From Oscillospiraceae bacterium (GTDB lineage: Bacteria; Bacillota; Clostridia; Oscillospirales; Oscillospiraceae), in NCBI GenBank assembly GCA_017617795.1, contig JAFZVM010000075.1, forward strand, positions 3,727 to 67,726: a stretch of 64,000 nt of DNA, in the 5' to 3' direction. Shown piece by piece: positions 55,701 through 63,494 of the stretch. Positions within the stretch are counted from its first letter, which is position 1. Every line of letters begins with the position of its first letter. The notes beneath the pieces are model-generated. The model ran no database searches. It had not been told where the DNA came from and saw nothing but the letters and a program-made list of their open reading frames with translations. Position numbers and translations under genes: made by a program.

Positions 55701-55739
55701 GCCGGGCGGCCTTGGAACAGGCCGCCCGGCAGCGTTTTA
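55701..55739 (+). terminator. Rho-independent terminator after the radical SAM gene
   Basis: Stem gccgggcggcc / ggccgcccggc followed by agcgtttta. Confidence 0.7.
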
Positions 55740-56198
55740 CTTATAGGTGTTCGTTCCGTCGTAGGTGCTGTTGGGCACGATGGAGAAATGGAACATGGGC
55801 TTGTCCACCCGCAGGATGCGCATGGGATTGTGGGGCAGGTTCTCCGGGATGAAGATCATGGTGGACCGGGTGAGCCGGTGTTCCTCGCCCCCCAGGGTGA
55901 AGATCATCTCCGCATGCAGGTCATAGGGATCCTCCGGATCCGAGCCGAAGAAGCCCAGGAGCTCGCAGTAGGGATGGGAATGCTCCTCAAAGATGGGATC
56001 CCGCTGGGGCACAGCGTAGTACCAGGCGGTGTTCATCTGAAAGGCCCCGGGGACCACGTTCCCGTCCATCCACAGGATGCGGTGGGAAAACTTCCGGTAC
56101 AGCTCCTGATATTCGGGCGTACCCATGTTGGGCGGGCACTGCAGGGTCTGGACGAAATATTTGCCGTATTCTCCGCCGTTTCCGTTTTCATAGATCAT
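55737..56198 (-). CDS. Single-domain cupin protein, paralog of the bicupin halves
   Basis: AAGGGAG lies 8 nt before ATG 56198 (MIYENGNGGEYGKYF). Cupin motifs are HSHPYCELLGFFGSD and IFIPENLPHNP. The architecture matches both halves of 10946..12055. Confidence 0.65.
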   Translation of the reverse strand: MIYENGNGGEYGKYFVQTLQCPPNMGTPEYQELYRKFSHRILWMDGNVVPGAFQMNTAWYYAVPQRDPIFEEHSHPYCELLGFFGSDPEDPYDLHAEMIFTLGGEEHRLTRSTMIFIPENLPHNPMRILRVDKPMFHFSIVPNSTYDGTNTYK

Positions 56199-56371
56199 AT
56201 CGATCGCTCCCTTACCGATGATTGCCTTCATTGTATCAGAGGTATCGGACGGAAGCAACATCTTCCGGAGATCGGTTTTCCAACCCGGGCAGAACGTCGG
56301 GGATCCGTTCCAAATCGAAGCGAATATGTATCCACCGGGCGCAAACCCGGTGGATCAGGCTGTCACTTTTG

Positions 56372-56671
56372 TCACATGCCGAAGCCCGCGCTGTCCATGT
56401 TCGGGCCGAAGGTTCCGTTCGGTCCTCCGGTGGGCTCCGGGCTGGTGCCCGGGGCGGCGCCGGTATCGGGCGTGTGGGTCGCCGTGGGGACGGGCGTATG
56501 GGTCGCGGAGGGCCCGGGCACGTCCGTGATCGTGGGCGTGTGCCCCGGTGTATTGCCCGGCAATGCCGTTACATCCGGAGAATTTTTCACCTTGCCGTTG
56601 CGCATATCGCAGCCGGCGAACAGCGCCAGCACCAGCAGCAGCGCCAGCAACAGGACAAAGAGCTTTTTCAT
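56372..56671 (-). CDS. Small Thr/Pro-rich lipoprotein
   Basis: MKKLFVLLLALLLVLALFAGC (lipobox), followed by low-complexity THTP/TP repeats. 99 aa. Confidence 0.7.
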   Translation of the reverse strand: MKKLFVLLLALLLVLALFAGCDMRNGKVKNSPDVTALPGNTPGHTPTITDVPGPSATHTPVPTATHTPDTGAAPGTSPEPTGGPNGTFGPNMDSAGFGM

Positions 56672-56736
56672 GCTTATCCCTTCATTTCGTCAGTTTCGCT
56701 CAGCCATAGCATTTCCGGCAAAGGCGGAATTATTCT

Positions 56737-56772
56737 GAAAGGAAAACCGCCGGACGCATCGGCGTCCGGCGG
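56737..56772 (-). terminator. Rho-independent terminator after the yebC-like gene
   Basis: Stem ccgccggacgc / gcgtccggcgg, with TTTTCC on the minus strand. Confidence 0.7.
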
Positions 56773-56786
56773 CGGGAAACGGCAGT

Positions 56787-57530
56787 TCAGCCTTCTGCAT
56801 TCTCGCAGTTGTGGAAGACGTTTTCCACATCGTCGTTATCATCAAACATTTCCAGCATTTTGTTGAGGTTCTTCAGGTCCTCTTCGCTCTCCAGCTTGAT
56901 ATAGTTCTGGGGAACCATTTCCTCCTGGGCGCTGAGGAGCTTATAGCCCTTTTTCTCCAGCTCTTCGCTCACGGCGGGGAACCCGGAGGGATCGTTTGTG
57001 AACACGGTGAAGATCCCTTCGTCGGTCTTCAGATCGTCCGCGCCGGCCTCCAGCGCATCCATCATCACCGCATCCTCGTCCAGTTCTTCCTCTTCATTGT
57101 CGATCACAATGACGCCGCGCCGGTCGAAGGACCAGCTGACGCAGCCTTCGGCGCCCATGTTGCCGCCGTATTTGTCGAAATAATGCCGCACTTCGGAGGC
57201 GGTACGCTTGCGGTTGTCAGTCATCGCCTCCACGATGATGGCGACGCCGGAAGGTCCGTAGCCCTCATAGGTGACCCGCTCATAATTCTCTGTGCTGCCC
57301 GCGCCCAGCGCCTTTTCGATGGTGCGCTTGATGTTGTCGTTGGGCATGTTGGCAGCCTTCGCCTTGGCCACCACCGCAGCCAGGCGGGAATTGTTCGCGG
57401 GGTCTCCGCTGCCGCCTTCCTTGACGGCCACGATCATCTCGCGGGCGATCTTGGTGAAGGCCTGGGCCCGCTTGGCGTCGGCCGCGCCCTTGGTCTTTTG
57501 TATGTTGTGCCATTTGGAATGTCCGGACAT
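56787..57530 (-). CDS. YebC/PmpR-family DNA-binding regulator
   Basis: The conserved start is MSGHSKWHNIQKTKG (ATG 57530), giving a 247-aa family-typical sequence. The 630-aa track ORF is an upstream read-through in the same frame. Confidence 0.95.
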   Translation of the reverse strand: MSGHSKWHNIQKTKGAADAKRAQAFTKIAREMIVAVKEGGSGDPANNSRLAAVVAKAKAANMPNDNIKRTIEKALGAGSTENYERVTYEGYGPSGVAIIVEAMTDNRKRTASEVRHYFDKYGGNMGAEGCVSWSFDRRGVIVIDNEEEELDEDAVMMDALEAGADDLKTDEGIFTVFTNDPSGFPAVSEELEKKGYKLLSAQEEMVPQNYIKLESEEDLKNLNKMLEMFDDNDDVENVFHNCENAEG

Positions 57531-57595
57531 TAGGATCTTCCTCCCTGTGTGATATCTTTTTGTATCATACAACACAGGTTTCCGGTTTTCAAGAA

Positions 57596-59083
57596 TTATC
57601 TTTGCCGCAGCACCAAAATCAGGGAGCCGGCAGCCGGCTCTTCCTCCGGCTCCAGACCGTTCACCTGCCGGATCCCGGCGCAGGAGACCCGGTTCGCCTT
57701 CCCCAGGCTCCAGACGCTGTCCCCTTCCCGGGTGAGGATGACGGAGATCGCGGGCCGTTTTTCTCCGGGTTCCGTCTCCTGCACCGTCTCCGCGCCGGTG
57801 AGGACCCGCACCTCTCCCGTTTCCCATCGGGGACAGCGATAGTTCACCGGTACGCGCACCTCCACGCCCCGGCCGTTCACCGCGCCGTAAGCCTCCCCGG
57901 CCTCCGCCGTCATCGCCGCGCTGCTCTCCCTGGGGCAGACCGTTTCTCCCCTGCCGCTCAGGGCGGACCAGCCGCCCCCTTCCCCCAGGCAAAGGGCCTT
58001 GGCCTGGACCGTCGTCCGGTATTCTCCGTCCTCCGGATGGGGTCTGCCCATGCCGAAGCATACGTGGACCACCCGCCCCACGCTTTTCTGCGCCTCCAGC
58101 TGCAGACGGACGGAATCTCCGGTCTCCAGGATCTCTCCGCCGGTCTCCATCCGCACCGTTTCCACCCGGGTATCCAGATCCTGGCTGATCCCGTAGGCAT
58201 CCGCCACGCAGCGGATGCTTCTCCGGCTGCGCACCACCGCCTGGGCCACCGCTCCCAGTTCCGCCAGGATGCCGCCCTCTTCCGAGGGAACGACCCGGAA
58301 TCCCGTGACCGCCGTCGTCACCTCCACCCGCTGCTCCGCGCCTTCTTCCTCCAGCTCCAGGATCTGCGACCAGGGCATCTGCAGCTCCGCCTCCCCGGTC
58401 TCTCCCCGGGCAGCCAGATAAAACACGCTGGTACGGGCGGTGCCCCGAAGGATGAGCTTGCTGCCCACGGCGTTCATCTCCTCCGTGCGCAGGGCGATGC
58501 GCGCGCTGAGGATCTCCCGGGCCTCCGGCCGGCCGGCGGGGAGATCCAGCACTTCTCCGGCGCTGAAGGTCTTTTCCGTCACGTCCGTTACCGGCATCAG
58601 ACTGTACTCCCGGGTGAGCACCTCCACCCCGCTTTCCGCCCGGCATTCCCGGTTCCATTCCAGCTGCCTGGGCTGCCACACCCCGGCAGATATGCAGACC
58701 TCCGTCCGCACCAGCAGTTTCCGGGAATTCAGCAGCCGGGCTTCGCCGTTCATGAACCGCAGGCTCACCACGGCCCTGCCCTGCTCCGTCAATCCCGGAC
58801 AGGGCGTCACGGCGCTGAAAGGCGCCTCCATACTCAGTTTCTGCAGTTCGTCCCCCTCTTCCGGCAGATACAGGATGCTCAGGTCGCAGACGCCGGTGAC
58901 GGCAAGGCTGTCCGTATTCGCCTCCTTGCCCCGCAAGAGGGCGGTTCCCTCCACCATCAGAACGCCCCCCACGTCCGGCAGGGCGTCCGGAACGATCATC
59001 TCCGTGGTCTCCTCATGGGTAAAGGCCGCGGAATACAGCCGCTCATAGTACCTAAGGCTCTCGCTTTCAAAGCTGATCTCCAC
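57596..59083 (-). CDS. SipL-like protein: DUF3794/SPOCS repeats with a C-terminal LysM-like segment (putative spore coat morphogenesis)
   Basis: The N-terminus VPDALPDVGGVLMVEGTALL is typical of DUF3794. The C-terminus GDSVWSLGKANRVSCAGIRQVNGL...AGSLILV resembles LysM. The host is a spore former. Confidence 0.6.
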   Translation of the reverse strand: MEISFESESLRYYERLYSAAFTHEETTEMIVPDALPDVGGVLMVEGTALLRGKEANTDSLAVTGVCDLSILYLPEEGDELQKLSMEAPFSAVTPCPGLTEQGRAVVSLRFMNGEARLLNSRKLLVRTEVCISAGVWQPRQLEWNRECRAESGVEVLTREYSLMPVTDVTEKTFSAGEVLDLPAGRPEAREILSARIALRTEEMNAVGSKLILRGTARTSVFYLAARGETGEAELQMPWSQILELEEEGAEQRVEVTTAVTGFRVVPSEEGGILAELGAVAQAVVRSRRSIRCVADAYGISQDLDTRVETVRMETGGEILETGDSVRLQLEAQKSVGRVVHVCFGMGRPHPEDGEYRTTVQAKALCLGEGGGWSALSGRGETVCPRESSAAMTAEAGEAYGAVNGRGVEVRVPVNYRCPRWETGEVRVLTGAETVQETEPGEKRPAISVILTREGDSVWSLGKANRVSCAGIRQVNGLEPEEEPAAGSLILVLRQR

Positions 59084-59185
59084 TTTGCATGCTCCTCCTC
59101 CTGGTGTCGGGCGGCCTTCCGTGGCTGGCGCCGCAGCGCCGCCTCAGTACAGCCTATGCGCCGCCGGGAGCGGATATGTGCGTCT

Positions 59186-59332
59186 TCAGCCTTTCAGGAT
59201 GCAGATCCCCACCAGAATAAACAGGATCCCCAGCCCCACCGGCCAGCAGCCGGCGGGCAGCAGGAAGGCCAGCAGGATCAGCATCCCCAGCAGGATGGAG
59301 GCCTGACCCAGTCTTCGGCAATTCCAGCGCAT
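59186..59332 (-). CDS. Candidate 48-aa membrane microprotein (not in the ORF track)
   Basis: GGGAGGTG lies 5-6 nt before ATG 59332. My translation is MRWNCRRLGQASILLGMLILLAFLLPAGCWPVGLGILFILVGICILKG*, which gives two hydrophobic helices. It fills the gap between pcrA and the SipL-like gene. Confidence 0.45.
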   Translation of the reverse strand: MRWNCRRLGQASILLGMLILLAFLLPAGCWPVGLGILFILVGICILKG

Positions 59333-59398
59333 AAAAACACCTCCCGGCGCGAAATGGGCACTCCATTCTACGCCGGGAGGGACTGCAGTGTTCCTCCG

Positions 59399-61822
59399 TC
59401 ACTCTTTCTGCAGGAAACGGGCAGCAGCGGAAAGCATCAGCTTTTTCGTGCCGGAATCGTCAAAGGCGATCTCCAGCATTTTATCCGGTCCCACCGCCTT
59501 CACCGTCAGCACCGTACCGCCGCCGAAGGCCTTGTGCTTCACCCGATCCCCCACACCGGGGACATATCCGGGCGCGGTGCTCCTGGGAGCCGAATAAAGC
59601 GGCCTGGGCGCCGGGCGCGCACGCTCCGGCCGGCGGGCGGCGGAATAAGATCCGCCGGTTTCGCTTCCTGAGCCGGACCCGGTGTGATAGGCGCGGAAGC
59701 CGGATCCCGCAGCGGTTTCCCGCTTGGGCAGCTTCTGCAGATACTCCTCCGGGATATCCTGGATGAAGCGGGAGAGCATGTTGTTCTGGGTCCGGCCGAA
59801 CACCATGCGCTGGCGGGCATTGGTGATATACAGCTTCTGTTTGGCCCGGGTGATGGCCACGTAACAGAGCCGCCGCTCCTCCTCCATCTCCTCATCCTCT
59901 CCGATGGCCTTCGTGCCGGGAAACAGCCCATCCTCCGCTCCGACCACAAAGACGGTGGGGAATTCCAGGCCCTTGGCGCTGTGCATGGTCATAAGGGATA
60001 CGCAGTCCCCCTCCTTGCCCATCTCGTCCGTATCGCTGTACAGCGCCATTTCATCCAGGAAGTCCTCCAGGGTGCCGACTCCGCTGCGTTCCCGGATGAA
60101 GCTGAGGATATTGGTCTTCAGCTCCTGGATGTTCTCCAGCCGGGTGATGTTCTCCTGGGTATCCCGCTCCTCCAGCATGGCGACGTAACCGCTTCTCCGC
60201 AGCAGTTCGTCATAGAGCACATCCAGGGTCTCCGTGCGTTTTTCCCGCAGATCACGAATGAGGCCGGTGAAGCTGCGGATGCCGTTGAGGCCTCGGCGCA
60301 GCTCCGGATACTCTTCCGCATGGCACAGGATCTCAAACAGGGAGCTTCCCTGCTCCGCGGCAAGCTGGCCTGCCCGTTCCACGGTGGTATCTCCGATGCC
60401 CCGGGGAGGATTGTTCAGGATGCGCCGGAGCCGCAGGTCGTCACCGGGATTCGCCACCACCGCCAGGTAGGCCAGCATATCCTTGATCTCGGCCCGGTCA
60501 TAGAAGCGGGTGCCGCCGTAAATGCGATAGGGGATGCCGTTCCGCTTCATGGCGTATTCCAGCCGGTTGGACAGGGCGTTCACCCGGTACAGCACCGCGT
60601 GGTCCCGCCAGCGTCCCCCCGCGCTGAAGGAGGCCAGGATCCGGCCCGCCACATACTGGGCTTCCTCGTTCTCGTTCCCGGCGGTGTACAGGGTGATGAG
60701 GTCTCCCTTCCCGTTGGAGGTCCAGAGGGTCTTTCCCTTCCGTCCCTGATTGTGCCGGATCACCGCATTGGCCGCATCCAGAATGGTGCTGGTGGACCGG
60801 TAGTTCTGCTCCAGCTTGATCACCCGGGCCCCGGGGAAATCCTCCTCGAATTCCAGGATATTCTGGATGGTGGCCCCGCGGAATTTGTAGATGCCCTGAT
60901 CGTCGTCCCCCACCACGCAGATATTCTTCCGTTCCCCCGCCAGGAGACTCACCAGGCGGTACTGGAGCATATTGGTGTCCTGGTACTCGTCCACCAGGAT
61001 ATACCGGAACTTCCGCCGGTAGTAGTCCAGCACTTCCCCGTCGTTTTCCAGCAGGCGTACGGTGTTCAGCAGAAGATCGTCGAAATCCATGGCGTCCGCC
61101 TGGAGCATCCGCCTCCGATATTCCCGATACACGTCCGCAAGCTGCTGCCGCCGCAGGTCGATCCCGGCCGCCTTCCGGCATTCCTCCGGATCCTGCATCT
61201 TGTTCTTCGCCGCGCTGATATAGCTCAGAACGCTCCGGGGCGGAAAGGATTTTTCCTCCATGGCGAAATCCTTCAGGATGCGTTTGATCAGGCTCTGGCT
61301 GTCCGCCGTATCATAGATGGTGAAATCCTCCCCGTTCAGTCCCAGTCTGTCCCGGTTCCGGCGGAGGATCCGCACGCAGGCGGAATGAAAGGTGGAGGTC
61401 CACAGATCCCCCGCCTCCGCGCCCAGGAGCTTTTCCAGGCGGGAGGTCAGCTCCCCCGCCGCTTTATTGGTGAAGGTGATGGCCAGGATCTGCCAGGGCA
61501 TGGCCGGATCCAGGGCGCAGAGGGCTTCCGCCCGTTCCCGATCCTCCGGAGATCCCAGGCGCACATAGCGCTCCAGAAATTCCAGGTCCTCCTCCGTCGC
61601 CTCCGGGGGGATCTCCTCCGTATCCGCCGCCCGGCCGAAGCGCAGCAGGCAGGCGATGCGGCGGATGAGTACCGTGGTCTTGCCGCTGCCCGCTCCCGCC
61701 AGGATGAGCAGCGGCCCGTCGGCGGCCTCCGCCGCCTGCCGCTGCTGGGGGTTCAGATCGCTGAGGCTCATATCGATCACTGCCTGTCGGGCAGCCAGAA
61801 AACGGGTGGTGAATGTATCCAT
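59399..61822 (-). CDS. pcrA: ATP-dependent DNA helicase PcrA/UvrD
   Basis: Motifs AGAGSGKTTVL, DEYQDTN, TMHSAKGLEF and VAITRA. A C-terminal Tudor-like tail (GDRVKHKAFGGGTV) is present. Confidence 0.95.
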   Translation of the reverse strand: MDTFTTRFLAARQAVIDMSLSDLNPQQRQAAEAADGPLLILAGAGSGKTTVLIRRIACLLRFGRAADTEEIPPEATEEDLEFLERYVRLGSPEDRERAEALCALDPAMPWQILAITFTNKAAGELTSRLEKLLGAEAGDLWTSTFHSACVRILRRNRDRLGLNGEDFTIYDTADSQSLIKRILKDFAMEEKSFPPRSVLSYISAAKNKMQDPEECRKAAGIDLRRQQLADVYREYRRRMLQADAMDFDDLLLNTVRLLENDGEVLDYYRRKFRYILVDEYQDTNMLQYRLVSLLAGERKNICVVGDDDQGIYKFRGATIQNILEFEEDFPGARVIKLEQNYRSTSTILDAANAVIRHNQGRKGKTLWTSNGKGDLITLYTAGNENEEAQYVAGRILASFSAGGRWRDHAVLYRVNALSNRLEYAMKRNGIPYRIYGGTRFYDRAEIKDMLAYLAVVANPGDDLRLRRILNNPPRGIGDTTVERAGQLAAEQGSSLFEILCHAEEYPELRRGLNGIRSFTGLIRDLREKRTETLDVLYDELLRRSGYVAMLEERDTQENITRLENIQELKTNILSFIRERSGVGTLEDFLDEMALYSDTDEMGKEGDCVSLMTMHSAKGLEFPTVFVVGAEDGLFPGTKAIGEDEEMEEERRLCYVAITRAKQKLYITNARQRMVFGRTQNNMLSRFIQDIPEEYLQKLPKRETAAGSGFRAYHTGSGSGSETGGSYSAARRPERARPAPRPLYSAPRSTAPGYVPGVGDRVKHKAFGGGTVLTVKAVGPDKMLEIAFDDSGTKKLMLSAAARFLQKE

Positions 61823-61922
61823 GGTTCATTTCCTTATCTCTGTGATCTGCCCGGAAACGGCAAATGGAACCACCGCCGGACGGTCGTTCCATTATACTTC
61901 CTTTTTCTCCTTTTGTTAAGAG

Positions 61923-62627
61923 TCATTGGAGGGATTTGCGCAGGGCTTCCACCGCGCGGCGCTCCAGCCGGGAGACCTGAACCTGGCTCACACCCAGGAG
62001 CTCCGCCGCCTGAGTCTGGGTCATGCCCCGGTAATACCGCAGAGCGATGACCATCCGCTCCTGCCTGGGCAGATCCCGGATGGCCTCCCGCAGAGCCAGG
62101 GTCTCGATCATCCGCTCCTCCTGTCCCGGATCGGAGAGCAGCTCCTCCAGGGTCGGTCCGTCCTCTCCGCTCTCCTGCTGAAGGGAAGCGGCGGCAGCGG
62201 TGGCCGTTTCCGCCTCCGCGATCTCTTCCGGGGTGAACCCCGTTTCACGGCTCAGCTCGGAGAGCGCCGGTTCCCGGCCCAGACGCTGCTCCAGCGCCTT
62301 GCGGGCCATCCGCACCGCCTGAGCCCGCTCCTTCAGGCTCCGGCTCACCTTCACCGCTCCGTCGTCCCGCAGAAATCGTCGGATCTCTCCGCTGATCTTG
62401 GGCACGGCATAGGTGGAAAACCGGGTGCCGTATTCCGCGCTGAAGCTCTGTACCGCTTTCAGGAACCCCAGGCAGCCCAGCTGATACAGATCGTCCCCCT
62501 CCACGCCGCAGCCGAAATACCGTCTCGCAATGCTCCAGATGAGGCCGGAGTTCGCCTCCAGCAGGGTCTCCGCAGCCGCCCGGTCTCCTTCTCTCGCCCG
62601 TTCCAGCAGATCATGGGCATAGGCCAC
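61923..62627 (-). CDS. sigF: Sporulation sigma factor SigF
   Basis: Region 2 is FSTYAVPKISGEIRRFLRDDGAVKVSRS. Region 4 is QTQAAELLGVSQVQVSRLE. It lies directly after spoIIAB. The start is uncertain. I propose GTG 62627, 2 nt after the spoIIAB stop. The track ATG 62723 would overlap spoIIAB by 94 nt. Confidence 0.85.
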   Translation of the reverse strand: MAYAHDLLERAREGDRAAAETLLEANSGLIWSIARRYFGCGVEGDDLYQLGCLGFLKAVQSFSAEYGTRFSTYAVPKISGEIRRFLRDDGAVKVSRSLKERAQAVRMARKALEQRLGREPALSELSRETGFTPEEIAEAETATAAAASLQQESGEDGPTLEELLSDPGQEERMIETLALREAIRDLPRQERMVIALRYYRGMTQTQAAELLGVSQVQVSRLERRAVEALRKSLQ

Positions 62628-62629
62628 CC

Positions 62630-63067
62630 TCAGCGGCCCGCCTTTCCGGAGATCCGTTTCCGCATGGTGACGACGGTCCCTTTCCCCGGGGCCGAACGCA
62701 CCCGGAGGGAGTCCATAAAGCACTCCATAATGGAAAAGCCCATGCCCGAACGCTCCTCTCCGCCGGTGGTGAACAGGGGTTCTCTGGCTCGCTCCACGTC
62801 CAGGATCCCTGTGCCCCAGTCCCGGATCCGGACCTCCAGAACGTCTCCCTCCAGGATGCGCAGGCGCAGAGAGACCCGTCCCGCCTCGTTGGGATACGCA
62901 TGAACGATGCAGTTTGTCACCGCCTCGCTCACCGCGGTTTTCAGATCTCCCAGTTCCTCCAGGGTGGGATCCAGCTGCGCCGCAAAACAGGCGGCGATGC
63001 TCCGGGCAAAGCCCTCGTTGGCCGAAAGGCCGGGAAATTCCACCCTGGCCTCATTGTTCACCTTCAT
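62630..63067 (-). CDS. spoIIAB: Anti-sigma F factor SpoIIAB (serine kinase)
   Basis: N-box EAVTNCIVHAY. G-boxes DWGTGI and GMGFSIM. Confidence 0.9.
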   Translation of the reverse strand: MKVNNEARVEFPGLSANEGFARSIAACFAAQLDPTLEELGDLKTAVSEAVTNCIVHAYPNEAGRVSLRLRILEGDVLEVRIRDWGTGILDVERAREPLFTTGGEERSGMGFSIMECFMDSLRVRSAPGKGTVVTMRKRISGKAGR

Positions 63068-63090
63068 CTATGTACACCTCTCTTTTCCGT

Positions 63091-63399
63091 TCATTGCCGG
63101 ATCTCCGCCATCTGCTGCAGTCCCGCCGCCCGAAGCACCCGAAGAGGCTGTTCCGGCACGTTCTCCAGGATCAGCTTTCCCCGGAGAGTCCGCATCTCCC
63201 GCTCCGCCCGCAGGATCAGGGCGATGCCGGAGCTGTCCATAAAGGTGAGCTCCCGGAGATCCAGCACGCAGACCCGGGGCAGGAAGGCGTCGATGCGCTC
63301 CGTCAGCGCGGCGAGAGCCTCCCGGGCGAAATGATGATCCAGCTCTCCGGCAAACCGCAGCGTCAGTATGCCGTTCACACAGGATCCGGTGATATTCAA
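63091..63399 (-). CDS. spoIIAA: Anti-sigma F factor antagonist SpoIIAA (STAS domain)
   Basis: TTG start. The phosphorylatable serine context is FMDSSGIALIL. 102 aa. Confidence 0.9.
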   Translation of the reverse strand: MNITGSCVNGILTLRFAGELDHHFAREALAALTERIDAFLPRVCVLDLRELTFMDSSGIALILRAEREMRTLRGKLILENVPEQPLRVLRAAGLQQMAEIRQ

Positions 63400-63424
63400 G
63401 CTCCGTCCCCCCCTTTCCCGGATA

Positions 63425-63459
63425 AACAGAAAAACCCTGCGGACGTTGTCCGCAGGGTC
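63425..63459 (-). terminator. Rho-independent terminator after valS
   Basis: Stem accctgcggac / gtccgcagggt, with TTTTTCTG on the minus strand. Confidence 0.75.
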
Positions 63460-63494
63460 AGTATAGATCGGTCTATGTCGGGAAACGGGTCGAA

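Noticed and set aside
56787-58679. 630-aa ORF extending the YebC frame upstream across the SipL-like gene.
   Set aside because: The YebC family protein starts at MSGHSKWHN (57530). The upstream part is Gly/Arg/Pro-rich shadow sequence that overlaps a better-supported gene in another frame.
62628-62723. Long N-terminal version of sigF (ATG 62723), overlapping spoIIAB by 94 nt.
   Set aside because: The extra 32 residues are non-conserved and Gly/Pro/Arg-rich. A GTG 2 nt after the spoIIAB stop gives a more typical junction, although the true start remains uncertain.
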